64,000 nt of DNA, taken from assembly GCF_046119375.1 (NCBI RefSeq), contig NW_027362767.1:378758001-378822000 (forward strand), read 5' to 3'. Origin of the DNA: Phyllobates terribilis. Its lineage: Eukaryota. The notes under the pieces were generated by a model. That model saw only the letters and a list, made by a program, of their open reading frames with translations, ran no database searches and had not been told where the DNA came from. A program made the position numbers and the translations under genes. Shown in pieces: positions 26,401-37,877 of the stretch (position 1 is its first letter; every line of letters begins with the position of its first letter).

Positions 26401-29400
26401 ATTCCATTTTGGGGTGGCTAGAATCAGACTCCCACTGATCTGAAATTGATGACTCATACTAGTAAAAGTTCATCATTAGTAAAGTCCCAGAAAACCCCTT
26501 TAAAGTATTATTCCAAAAATCATAATGTGGTCTCAGTTTTCTGTACAAATAGACAATCATGTGTGCCAATACAACCTAATTTTAAATCTGCACTTATTTG
26601 CAGCTCTCGTTCCCCTAATGATGACTCCTCAGGGCTCTCATTAGCCATCATCAAGTAGTCCTAATGCTGTCGGTTGAGCATGCTCAGATGTAACTACTGA
26701 CTCTTTCTAAAAACATAATATCTGACAGCCAGGTTGTAGCACAGTTCAACTATGCTATGCTGATGATCAAACTGATACCAGCTGCATATGCACCTTATGA
26801 CCCTAAATAAAAAAAAACAGATGCACCTATGACCCTGTCTAATAAAACATTCTCCAGATCCTCATTGCCCTGACAGCCATGCTGTAGCACAGCCCAGCTA
26901 TTCTGTACTCAGCTCTGCTATACAGTGGGGAAAAAAAGTATTTAGTCAGCCACCAATTGTGCAAGTTCTCCCACTTAAAAAGGTGAGAGAGGCCTGTAAT
27001 TGACATCATAGGTAGACCTCAACTATGAGAGACAATATGAGAAAACAAATCCTGAAAATCACATTGTCTGATTTGGAAAGACATTTTTGTCAAATTTTGG
27101 TGGAAAATAAGTACCGTATTTTTCGGACCATAAGACGCACTTTTTTCCCCCCAAATTTGGAAGGAAAATGGGGGGTGCGTCTTATGGTCCGAACCTTACT
27201 TTACCGGTGGTGTTGGAGCGGGGATCGCAGGGTCCACCGGCGGCGGCAGAGGTGACATACGGCTGGAGCCGGGGTCTGTACCTGTGCTGGAGTGGCTGGT
27301 GAAGCTTTGGAGCCGGGGCCTGTGCCGGGCTGTGAGCAGCGTCCGGCGGTGAGGCAGAGGAGCCGGGGTCTGTGCCAGGCTGTGAGCGGCGTCCGATGGT
27401 GAGGCAGAGGAGTGTGTGCGGCACCCGGTGGCCATCTTCCTGAGGCCATGATCTACAGGAAAATGGCCGCCGGAGCCGGCGCATGTGCCGACCGGGAGCT
27501 TCGGCGGCCATTTTCCTGTAGTTCACGGCCTCAGGAAGAGGACCGGGTGCCGCACACGCTCCTCTTCCTCACCGCCGGACTCCGCTCACAGCCCGGCACA
27601 GACCCCGGCTCCTCTGCCTCACCGCTGGACGCCTCTTACAGACCCCAGCAGGAGACAGGGCCCAGTCAGACACCGGCCCCGCAACATTTCACCTCTTCTG
27701 CTGCCGCCGCCAAGTTCTTGAGGCAGGGAACAGAGGGACCTGCGATCCTGCTGCACTACCACCGCAACTCACAGCTGCTGGAGCACCAGCTTCATGTATC
27801 CAGGGTCCGCAGCATTCGTCCACTTCCGCCGGGTCGGTTTCCTGAAGGACCCAACCTCCTGTGACCCCCGCTTCACCACCCCCCAGGTAAGATACCGTAC
27901 CTATTCTGACTATAAGACGGACCCCATCTTATAAAAAAAATTTGGTTTCCTATTTTCCACCCCAAAATTTGGGGTGCGTCTTATGGTCCGGTGCGTCTTA
28001 TAGTCCGAAAAATACGGCATTTGGTCAATTACAAAAGTTCATCTCAATACTTTGTTATATATTCTTTGTTGGCAATGACAGAGGTCAAACGTTTTCTGTA
28101 AGTCTTCACAAGGTTGGCACACACTGTTGCTGGTATGTTGGCCCATTCCTCCATGCAGATCTCCTCTAGAGCAGTGATGTTTTGGGGCTGTCGCTGGGCA
28201 ACACAGACTTTCAACTCCCTCCAAAGATTTTCTATAGGGTTTAGATCTGGAGACTGGCTAGGCCACTCCAGGACCTTGAAATGCTTCTTACAAAGCCACT
28301 CTTTCGTTGCCCTGGCGGTGTGCTCGGGATCATTGTCATGCTGAAAGACCCAGCCACGTTTCATCTTCAATGCCCTTGCTGATGGAAGGAGGTTTGCACT
28401 CAAAATCTCACGATACATGGCCCCATTCATTCTTTCATGTCCAGGAACAGTCATCCTTGTCCCTTGGCAGAGAAACAGCCCCAAAGTATGATGTTGCCAC
28501 CCCCATGCTTCACAGTAGGTATGGTGTTTGGATGCAATTCGGCATTCTTTCTCCTCCAAACACGACGAGTTGTGTTTCTACCAAACAGTTCTACTTTGGT
28601 TTCATCGGACCATGTGACATTCTCCCAATACTCTTCTGGATCATCCAAATGCTCTCTAGCAAACTTCGGACGGGCCGGGACATGTAATGGCTTAAGCAGG
28701 GGGACGCGTCTGGCACTGCAGGATCTGAGTCCCTGGCGACGTAGTGTGTTACTGATGGTAGCCTGTGTAACGTTGGTCCCAGCTCTCTGCAGGTCATTCA
28801 CTATGCCCCCCGTGTGGTTCTGGGATTTTTGCTCACCGTTCTTCAGATCATTTTGATCCCACAGGGTGAGATCTTATGTGGAACCCCAGATCGAGGGAGA
28901 TTATCATTGGTCTTATATGTCTTCCATTTTCTAATTATCGCTGCTACAGTTGATTTCTTCCCACCAAGCTGCTTGCCTATTGCAGATTCAGTCTTCCCAG
29001 CCTGGTGCAGGGCTACAATTTTGTTTCTGGTGTCCTTGGACAGCTCTTTGGTCTTCACCATAGTGGAGTTTGGAGTGTGACTGTTTGAGGTTGTGGACAG
29101 GTGTCTTTTATACTGATAACAAGTTCAAACAGGTGCCAGTGCTACAGGTAATGAGTGGAGGACAGAGGAGCCTCTTAAAGAAGAAGTTACAGGTCTGTGA
29201 GAGCCAGAAATCTTACTTGTTTGTAATTGACCAAATACTTATTTTCCACCAAAATTTGGAAAAAAAAATACAAATCAGACAATGTGATTTTCAGGATTTG
29301 TTTTCTCATTTTGTCTCTCATAGTTGAGGTCTACCTATCATGTCAATTACAGACCTCTCTCATCTTTTTAAGTGGGAGAACTTGCACAATTGGTGGCTGA

Positions 29401-32400
29401 CTAAATACTTCTTTTCCCCCACTGTATATGCAGAGAACATTATGCTATGAAGATCCCCATGAACAATCAATGAAATGTGAACTTTGTAAAAAGCCATGAA
29501 TATTGGTCAAATAGTGGATCACAGTTACTACACTAAAAAAAACTACCAATGGCCACCTCATCCATATAAATACAAATTGCCTGTGTTGAGATCTGTCTCT
29601 ATCAGGAAGCACAGATGAGAGCAGAGGATGGGGCCTTCAGCACTGAGGAACAGCGGGGTGCTGCCTGGAAATGTAGATTTAGCAGATAAGAATAGGAACA
29701 GTCAATCAGCTCTACAAAGCTAGATGCACAGGGGGGCAGATGGAGATGAAAAAAAGGTACAAGAAAGAAACTTTATGGTGGGCCTGTACTGTATGTTAAA
29801 TTGGTTATCCAGCCTAAAGGCCCCGTCACACATAACGAGATCGCTAGCGAGATTGCTAATGAGTCACAGTTTTGGTGACGCAATAGCGATCTCGCTAGCG
29901 ATCTCGTTATGTGTGACGGGGCCTTTAAGGTACAAGTCTGCAGTCATTCTATGTGACTGCAGACTTGTGAAGACGCACATCTCGTGTACTGCACGCTGAA
30001 AGGATTCTCTGGTGCGGGGAGATATGCGATAGTATATAAGCGGTCACGTGCTGACTAGACGTAATGTATTGAGCGAGTCCGGACACGTCTAGTCGGAATG
30101 TGCCTGGAAATATGCAAACCGCATACTTGTGGTCACGTGACCGCCCACTCCTGGAGAACGCTTACAGCTTGCAGACTTGTACCCGAAGGTCGAACAACCC
30201 CTTTAACAATAGACATGCAGATACTTAGATTTCTAAAAGAATATTTCCATTATGGAAATAACCTTTTAAATTAAAGTCAATTTGCCATCTCTGCTGTAAA
30301 AGTGAAGCTCTTGATGCTACTGTTTTAGGGAGAACTTCTTACCAGCTTCCCAAGAACACCAGATGTCCAAGGAATCTTGGTTGGGATATATATATTTACA
30401 ACAATGTTGAGACCCCTATTTGACGTACAGTACAGACCAAAAGTTTGGACACACCTTCTCATTTAAAGATTTTTCTATATTTTCATGACTATGAAAATTG
30501 TACATTCACACTGAAGGCATCAAAACTATGAATTAACACATGTGGAATTATATACTTAACAAAAAAGTGTGAAACAACTGAAAATATGTCTTATATTCCA
30601 GGTTCTTCAAAGTAGCCACCTTTTGCTTTGATGACTGCTTTGTACACTCTTGGCATTCTCTTGATGAGCTTCAAGAGGTAGTCACCGGAAATGGTTTTCA
30701 CTTCACAGGTGTGCCCTGTCAGGTTTAAAAAGTGGGATTTCTTGCCTTATAAATGGGATTGGGACCATCAGTTGTGTTGTGCAGAAGTCTGGTGGATACA
30801 CAGCTGATAGTCCTACTGAATAGACTGTTAGAATTTGTATTATGGCAAGAAAAAAGCAGCTCAGTAAAGAAAAACGAGTGGCCATTATTACTTTAAGAAA
30901 TGAAGGTCAGTCAGTGCGAAAAATTGGGAAACCTTTGAAAGTGTCCCCAAGTGCAGTTGCAAAAACCATCGAGCACTACAAAGAAACTGGCTCACATGAG
31001 GACCGCCCCAGGAAAGGAAGACCAAGAGTCACCTCTGCTTCTGAGGATAAGTTTATCCGAGTCACCAGCCTCAGACATCGCAGGTTAACAGCAGCTCAGA
31101 TTAGAGACCAGGTCAATGCCACACAGAGTTCTAGCTGCAGACACATCTCTACAACAACTGTTAAGAGGAGACTTTGTGCAGCAGGCCTTCATGGTAAAAT
31201 AGCTGCTAGGAAACCACTGCTAAGGACAGGCAACAAGCAGAAGAGACTTGTTTGGGCTAAAGAACACAAGGAATGGACATTAGACCAGTGGAAATTTGTG
31301 CTTTGGTCTGATGAGTCCAAATTTGAGATCTTTGGTTACAACCAACGTGTCTTTGTGCGACGCAGAAAAGGTGAACGGATGGACTCTACATGCCTGGTTC
31401 CCACCGTGAAGCATGGAGGAGGAGGTGTGATGGTGTGGGGGTGCTTTGCTGCTGACACTGTTGGGGATTTATTCAAAATTGAAGGCATACTGAACCAGCA
31501 TGGCTACCACAGCATCTTCAGCGGCATGCTATTCCATCCGGTTTGCGTTTAGTTGGACCATCATTTATTTTTCAACAGGACAATGACCCCAAACACACAT
31601 CCAGGCTGTGTAAGGGCTATTTGACCAAGAAGGAGAGTGATGGGGTGCTACGCCAGATGACCTGGCCTCCACAGTCACCAGACCTGAACCCAATCGAGAT
31701 GGTTTGGGGTGAGCTGGACCGCAGAGTGAAGGCAAAAGGGCCAACAAGTGCTAAGCATCTCTGGGAACTCCTTCAAGATTGTTGGAAGACCATTTCCGGT
31801 GACTACCTCTTGAAGATCATCAAGAGAATGCCAAGAGTGTGCAGAGCAGTCATCAAAGCAAAAGGTGGCTACTTTGAAGAACCTAAAATATAAGACATAT
31901 TTTCAGATGTTTCACACATTTTTGTTAAGTATATAATTCCACACGTGTTAATTCATAGTTTTGATGCCTTCAGTGTGAATGTACAATTTTCATAGTCATG
32001 AAAATACAGAAAAATCTTTAAATGAGAAGGTGTGTCCAAACTTTTGGTCTGTACTGTATATGTTGGGAAATGCCCCTGATGCGTATATCCAACTTATGTA
32101 ACTATGCCATGCAGTTGCATATGTAGCTCATTGGCCCCTATATACCATCTCAGCGGACAGCAAAAGTACACTCTTGGCATCTCTCTTGATGAGATCCAGA
32201 CCATTGATGTTTCAAATAGCACAAATAGCCCATAAATGAAGCCTACCCAGTTATAGTTTATCTTTGTATACCCTTCTATTTTCCAATGTAAAATTAAGGA
32301 CGAAAATGATAACCCAAGGGACTAGATTATTTCCCCCTACAACCTAGCTGTCCTATATTGGAGATAGTCTTCTGTTTTACGTAAATTTTAGGTAATATAT

Positions 32401-32791
32401 TAAAACACAAACCTGTTATGACCCGCCCCTGAGGAGCGGAGACTCAAGTGTAACACTTATATTTTCTTCTCTTTAGATGAACAAACTAGGATTTCGGGAT
32501 GAGAACCTTCAACACTATAAGCGGAAGATTAAGGACCACAACCTAAACGGCAGAGCTCTTGTATACAGTGATAATAATGAGATAAAAGATGTGTTGTGTA
32601 TGGGTCTCGGAGACTGGACACTTTTCAGCGTGTACTTCCTAGGGGTGCTCCCTCCACCTCCTGCTGTTCCTGCAACTGCCCCAGTGATTGGCAAGCAAGA
32701 AGCTACAAAACTCGGGGCTGTATCCAAAGAGAATATATTAAAAAAGAGCAAGATATCTCTGTATTTATCAGACGATGATATTCTCTCTTAA
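17469..32791 (+). CDS. NKPD1: NKPD1-like KAP-family P-loop NTPase with two TM segments and a C-terminal SAM-like domain; join(17469..17481,21322..21453,23621..25392,32477..32791), 743 aa
   Basis: Motifs [68 protein letters not shown] and FTVNLD match NKPD1. All introns are GT-AG with compatible phases, total 2232 nt. The start exon is less certain; ortholog versus paralog is unresolved. Confidence 0.88.
18134..19689 (-). mobile_element. Tc1-like DD37E (TRT family) transposon, full length, intronic
   Basis: TA TSDs; TIR cactgtgtgcagaattattaggca...tgcctaataattctgcacgcggtg; internal repeats of the TIR core at about 18323 and 19490. Confidence 0.95.
18457..19470 (-). CDS. DD37E transposase, uninterrupted 337-aa ORF
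   Basis: [15 protein letters not shown] and [12 protein letters not shown] motifs; 37 residues between the second D and the E. Confidence 0.92.
   Translation of the reverse strand: MGQKRDLTGSEKSKIVRCLAEGCSSLEISKVLKRDHRTIKRFMANSQQGRKKRVGQKRRKITAHELRKIKREAAKMPFDTSFAIFQSCNVTGVSKSTRCAILRDMAKVRKAEKRPPLNKKHKIKRQEWAKKYLKTDFSKVLWTDEMRVTLDGPDGWVRGWISKGQRAPLRLRRQQGGGGVLVWAGIIKDELVGPFRVEDGVKRNSQTYCQFLEDNFFKQWYRKKSISFKKNMIFMQDNAPSHASNYSTAWLASKGLKEEKIMTWPPCSPDLNPIENLWSIIKCEIYREGKQYTSQSSVWEAVVAAARNVDRRQIKKLTESMDGRLLSVIKKGGYTDH
20828..21036. mobile_element. Kolobok/T2-type MITE
   Basis: TTAA|agggaatctgtcacca...tggtgacagattccct|TTAA. Confidence 0.88.
21322..21453 (+). CDS. NKPD1: NKPD1-like exon with the degenerate Walker A region
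   Basis: [43 protein letters not shown]; pyrimidine tract plus AAG acceptor, GTGAGT donor, phase 1-1. Confidence 0.9.
22235..23114. mobile_element. 880-bp foldback Harbinger-type element (431-bp arms, 18-nt loop)
   Basis: TAA TSD on both sides; ggctgtgtgcccacgatgcg...cgcatcgtgggcacacagcc; arms 22235-22665 and 22684-23114 are near-perfect complements. Confidence 0.93.
23621..25392 (+). CDS. NKPD1: NKPD1-like large exon (KAP domain, TM helices, start of SAM)
   Basis: Acceptor ttgcag|ca, donor GAG|GTAAGT. Open frame with KAP motifs and hydrophobic segments at about 23974-24170. Confidence 0.93.
25763..26253. mobile_element. hAT-Charlie-type non-autonomous element with internal tandem repeats
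   Basis: cagacctgggcaaagtgcagccc...gcccacccctg; TSD ggctaaga/ggctagga; about 30-bp repeats aggctatgtg...ctcatactgtata. Confidence 0.8.
26923..29424 (-). mobile_element. Tc1 DD34E transposon with long (about 200-bp) TIRs, left TIR interrupted by a nested element
   Basis: TA TSDs; cagtggggaaaa...ttttccccactg; frameshifted transposase 28044-29061 ([30 protein letters not shown]). Confidence 0.93.
27114..28017. mobile_element. Tc2/pogo-type non-autonomous element inserted at a TA in the Tc1 TIR
   Basis: ccgtatttttcggaccataagacgcac...gtgcgtcttatagtccgaaaaatacgg. The host TIR aataagTAtttggtc is rejoined on removal (right TSD reads CA). Confidence 0.85.
29818..29924. mobile_element. About 105-bp Harbinger-type hairpin MITE nested in a Kolobok-like MITE (about 29800-30202)
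   Basis: aggccccgtcacacataacgagatcgctagcgag...ctcgctagcgatctcgttatgtgtgacggggcct; TAA/TTA flanks. Confidence 0.75.
30428..32056 (+). mobile_element. Tc1-like DD38E (Intruder family) transposon, full length, about 270-bp TIRs
   Basis: TA TSDs; cagtacagaccaaaagtttggacac...gtgtccaaacttttggtctgtactg. Confidence 0.95.
30842..31893 (+). pseudogene. DD38E transposase with a single frameshift near 31515-31545
   Basis: [12 protein letters not shown]...WSDESKFE then QQDNDPKH...[12 protein letters not shown]; 38 residues between D and E. Confidence 0.9.
32477..32791 (+). CDS. NKPD1: NKPD1-like last coding exon (SAM-like domain plus Pro-rich tail)
   Basis: Acceptor ttcttctctttag| in phase 0; [16 protein letters not shown]...MGLGDWTLF resembles the KIDINS220 SAM. 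Confidence 0.85.
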   Translation: MNKLGFRDENLQHYKRKIKDHNLNGRALVYSDNNEIKDVLCMGLGDWTLFSVYFLGVLPPPPAVPATAPVIGKQEATKLGAVSKENILKKSKISLYLSDDDILS

Positions 32792-33152
32792 GTTCTGTTC
32801 CAAACATTTCACATTTTCTTTGAATTCCTAATAGAATCAACAGTCTGATAAAGAGACATCCAATTTACCCTAAAGCGTATTTCCGCCCAAAATTAAAAAT
32901 GCTCATATATTATAAAAATCAGACGTTTTTCTAGCAGCCACAGTTAAGTAATAATGTTTTCTTAGATTCAGAGACATAGCCATTTTAGGTTTTGTTGCGG
33001 AAGACATTTTCATGAACGCTAAGTGCAACCATATTGGTTATACTGTATTTCTGCATCAGCTCATTGGATAATGATAACTAAGGCTAGGGAATGCAAGATA
33101 GTTGTTCTCGTTACAGAATTTCAGATTTCAGCAGAATCCACTTTCAGACAAT

Positions 33153-33158
33153 AATAAA
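33153..33158 (+). terminator. Candidate polyadenylation signal for the NKPD1-like gene
   Basis: AATAAA about 360 nt after the stop codon; position only. Confidence 0.35.
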
Positions 33159-33474
33159 CTGTTTTACGTAAGACAAACATTATCTACATCATCTTAACAT
33201 AAGGGATTACAGGAAAACCATGAAAAAACAACCAGAGAGGTCATACAATATAGTCCAAAACACAATGGCAACTGCTGTCTACTAATGATAGTACCTCCAT
33301 AGTATAAGCCTGCAGCTGTTGTATGTGCCAACTCCTCATCTCAACAGCTAAGGTTTAGACCAATAGCTCTACCCTCATGATCATCTGGGAAAGTCTCTCT
33401 TTGAAATCAGTAAAAGTATCCATGATGGCTTGTGGATGTTCTCTGAACTTTGCCTTTAGAGTGTTCCTTTAGGT

Positions 33475-33636
33475 CAGGGTTCCCCAACTCCAGTCCTGAA
33501 GAGCCACCAACAGGTCATGTTTTCAGGATTTCCTTAGTATTGCTCAGGTGATTACTCCATCACCTGTGCAATACGAAGGAAATCCTGAAAGCATCACCTG
33601 TTGGTGGCTCTTCATTACCGGAGTTGGGGAACACTG
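33475..33636. mobile_element. Palindromic hAT MITE (162 bp)
   Basis: cagggttccccaactcc...ggagttggggaacactg; TSD ctttaggt/ctttagat. Confidence 0.85.
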
Positions 33637-33903
33637 CTTTAGATTATCATGTCTATTTCTTTCACATTTTCCTCTTTCATCTGATAAAAGTCCAACCAGT
33701 TTCTGCCTTGAGATGTTTCTCTTTTCTTCTTTCATCTTATCTACCAAGCTTTGTCTCTGCAGTTTTAACTGTTTCACCTTCTTTTCTATGCCTTCTGATT
33801 TTTCCTCCTTCTTCCACGGATCTGCTTTATTTTTCATGATTGTCTTTATATTTCTCATCAGCCTTCATCCATTTATTGGCTTCCTCTTCTGAGAGTTGAG
33901 ATA

Positions 33904-35539
33904 CAGTGGCGTACGGAAAGTATTCAGACCCCTTTAAATTTTTCACTCTTTTCATTGCAGCCATTTGGTAAATTCTAAAAAGTTCATTTTTTTCTCACTA
34001 AAGGTACACTCTGCACCCCATCTTGACTGAAAAAAACCAACACAGAATTGTTGAAATTTTTGCAAATTTATTAAAGAAAAACTGAAATATCACATGATCA
34101 TAAGTATTCAGACCCTTTGCTCAGTATTGAGTAGAAGCCCCCTTTTGAGCTAGTACAGCCATGAGTCTTCTTGGGAATGATGCAACAAGTTTTTCACACC
34201 TGGATTTGGGGATCCTCTGCCATTCTTCCTTGCAGATCCTCTCCAGTTCCATCAGGTTGGATGGTGATTGTTGGTGGGCAGCCATTTTCAGGTCTCTCCA
34301 GAGATGCTCAATTGGGTTTATGTCAGGGCTCTGGCTGGGCCAGTCAAGAATGGTCACAGAGTTGTTCTGAAGCCACGCCTTTGTTATTTAAGCTATGTGC
34401 TTAGGGTCAGTCTTTTTGGAAGGTGAACCTTTGGCCAAGTCTGAGGTCCAGAGCACTCTGGAAGAGGTTTTCATCCAGGATATCTCTGTACTTGGCCACA
34501 TTCATGTTTCCTTCAATTGCAACCAGTTGTCCTGTCCCTGCAGCTGAAAAATACCCCCATAGCATGATGCTGCCACCACCATGTTTCACTGTTGGGATTG
34601 TATTGGGCAGGTGATGAGCTATGCCTGGTTTTCTCCACGCATACCGCTTAGAATTATCACCAAAAAGTTCTATCTTCGTCTCATCAGACCAGAGAATCTT
34701 CTTTCTCATAGTCTGGGAGTCCTTCATGTGTTTTTGAGCAAACTCTATGCGGGCTTTCTTAGGTCTTGCACTGAGGAGAGGCTATCGTCGGGCCACTCTG
34801 CCATAAAGGCCAGACTGGTGGAGGGCTGCAGTGATAGTTGACTTTGTGGAAATTTCTCCCATCTCCCTCCTGCATCTCTGGAGCTCAGCCACAGTGATCT
34901 AGGGGTTCTTCTTTACCTCTCTCACCAAGGCTCTTCTCCCACAATTTCTCAGTTTAGCTGGATGGCCAGGTCTAGGGAGACTTCTGGTGGTCCCAAACTT
35001 CATCCATTTAAGAATTATGGAGGCCACTGTGCTCTTAGGAACCTTTGAATAATGCAGAAATTCTTTTGTAACCTTGGCCAGATCTGTGCCTTGCCACAAT
35101 TCTGTCTCTGAGCTCCTTGGGCAGTTCCTTTGAGCTCATGATTCTCATTTGGTCTGACATGAACTGTGAGCTGTGAGGTCTTATATAGACAGGTGTGTGC
35201 CTTTCCAAATCAAGTTCTATCAGTTTAATTAAACACAGCTGGACTCCAATGAAGGAGTAGAACCATCTCAAGGAGGATCACAAGGAAATGGACAGCATGT
35301 GACTTAAACGAGTGTCTGAGCAAAGGGTCTGAATACTTATGACCATGTGATATTTCAGTTTTTCTTTTTTAATAAATTTGCAAAAAAAAAATCTACATTT
35401 CTGTTTTTTTCAGTAAAGATGGGGTGCAGAGTATACTTTAATGAGAAAAAAAAATGAACTTTTTAGAATTTACCAAATGGCTGCAATGAAACAAAGAGTG
35501 AAAAATTTAAAGGGGTCAGAATACTTTCCGTACCCACTG
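33904..35539 (-). mobile_element. Tc1 transposon, full length, degraded transposase
   Basis: TA TSDs; cagtggcgtacggaaagtattcagacccc...ggggtcagaatactttccgtacccactg; fragments [32 protein letters not shown]. Confidence 0.93.
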
Positions 35540-36577
35540 TAGGTCTTCCCAAGATGGGGGTTCACATATACGGTCTGTACGGGGGCCGCGCATGAGTAGA
35601 ATTTCTCACATTAGCAAAAGGAATTATCACTTTATCCAAAAATATTGGATATCTTCAGCTATTGTCAACTTATGCTTTACTAACAGCTGGCTAGTTTTAA
35701 AGAGAATGTGTTATTAAAAAATGGCCTATAGTTTAAATCAGATTTTTATGTTAAATATTTTTTTTTCCATATTTATGTCTAGATAACAAAAATCTTGCAA
35801 TTTTCACACTGGCCACTAGGTATAATATTAGACTGTCACTTCATGGTGTGTAGAGATTACTTTTCAGCGGTCTCATTATCATCACAGAAAGAATTACAAT
35901 GACTGATATAATCTCTATATATAGTAGATAACACAAGATCCACCACTCACAATAGGTGATATCACAGCTCACCTCCTTCCTCCTGTACAATGTCTGATAA
36001 CACCTCTATGTACAGTAGATAGCACAGGATCCACCGCTCACAATAGGTGATGTCACAGCTCACCTCCTCCTAAAACCACGGAGCATGCTCAGATAACACC
36101 TCTATACAGACAAATAGGGTCTGAGTCAGTCTATTGCTGCTAATGTTCATGTTAAGAACAGAAAGTAGGAGTCTAATATTAGTCCTAGAGGTTTTTTTTA
36201 TTTTTATAGATAGAAATATGAATTTTTGTTTTTTAAATACATTGACCGCTCCTTGCTCAGTGAGGTTGTCATCTCAAATATACAATGTCCTATGAACACT
36301 TCTGTATTAGTAATAGCAGTTTTCATGTGTGTTTTATTATGAAAAGAGTACTATGTTTTTAATAAATGACCTGAACCTCCAAATATTATGTTCTGCTTCT
36401 TTTTATCTCATTTATTTCATGTTGCTTATATAACAGATACAACATAACCGCAGTACATTTTGCAGGGCGTTGCAGAGACTGACCATTCACATTTGTCCCT
36501 GTCCCCAAATGGGGCTCACAAACTAATTTCTCTACAAAGTATGGATTTGGGGTGTGGTTAAGTGGATTAATGACAGA

Positions 36578-36931
36578 CAGTGGAATTGACAGACAAGAGA
36601 ACTTTCCATCTAAGTGTGTGCCATCAATATAAGCCTGATAGCAACAGCCAGCTATCCAAAAAGTAAGTACTGTAAGGGTTAAGTTACCTAATCAGCCGGC
36701 CACCTATGCAAAAGTGAAGCAGTGTCCTCCCCACCCTGACGCCGTTCATCAACGCTTCTTCCGGGGGCATGTCCCGGATGAAGCGTTGGCGAAACGGAGG
36801 ACACTGCTTCACTTTTGCATAGGTGGCCGGTTGATTAGGTAACTTAACCCTTACAGTACTTACTTTTTGGATAGCTGGCCATTGCTATGAGGCTTATATA
36901 GATGGAAAGTTCTCGTCTGTCCATTCCTCTG
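36578..36931. repeat. Foldback element with arms of about 140 bp and a structured loop
   Basis: 36588-36730 pairs with 36796-36921; inner hairpin aacgcttc...gaagcgtt at 36751-36787. Confidence 0.85.
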
Positions 36932-37877
36932 CACTGTGCACTTTATATTTTGTTAGGGGTGAATATTCAGCATACAGGCATTTCCGGTTTTAGGACCCCT
37001 GGAGTTATCCATCTCATCCTAACCTAATTTGACTTTCATTAGCAGACACTAATTATAGACTTATGGTAGTTATTGGATTGCCTTTTCCACAGATTCAGGT
37101 GTGACCTGCTATTTTCTCTATGTATCACATGTCCATCTTCTGATTATCAATAGCCTGCAGCAGGATTACAATCCCATCTATGCATGTGTGGTCATCCTCT
37201 TTTGGAGGTTGTTGCCCTGTCTTTTTAATGGTTTTTATTTTTTTGATTGAATAAAATTTATATTTTTATCATTAAAGCTGGAATCTCTTGTTTTCTAGAC
37301 AGCTACCGTATATATTGTGCTGATTTAGATTTTGGTTGTTCATTGTCAGTTTAAGTGTACAGCAATGGATTGGTATTGGACATATTTAGACTAAAAGTTC
37401 ATAGCATTGTCTGACATGACAGGTTGCCTTTAATAGCTGTAGTGGTCATTTGAAAATTAATCTGAAAAAATTAAATTTTGCTTCCATGTGTCCACCTTGG
37501 TGCTGCTGGTGAAGTCTCCTTCCCCCTCTGGCAGCTGACAATTTAGTCCTTTCTTACCTCTCCTGCAGGAGGTTTCACCATTATCCTGCCACACTACTGT
37601 AGTCTCTGCTCCTAACCTGACAAGCAGGTCAGAAAGCTTCTGCTATTGGCTGCTCGGCAGGAAAAGGGTTCATTGTGCAGAGTTGAACAACTGAGCATGT
37701 GTGTCCTCCAACACCTGGTGGTGCAGTACTATGTGAGTAAATGTAAGAACTCATCTCTGGATAAGGTTTATTAGCATGTATATGGCACAGTGTTATCTTT
37801 TATGATCGATACAAAGAATATAATATTTAAAGTGGATTTTCCATGATTTTAGCTGCCCTATGGTAGAGAATGGTATA

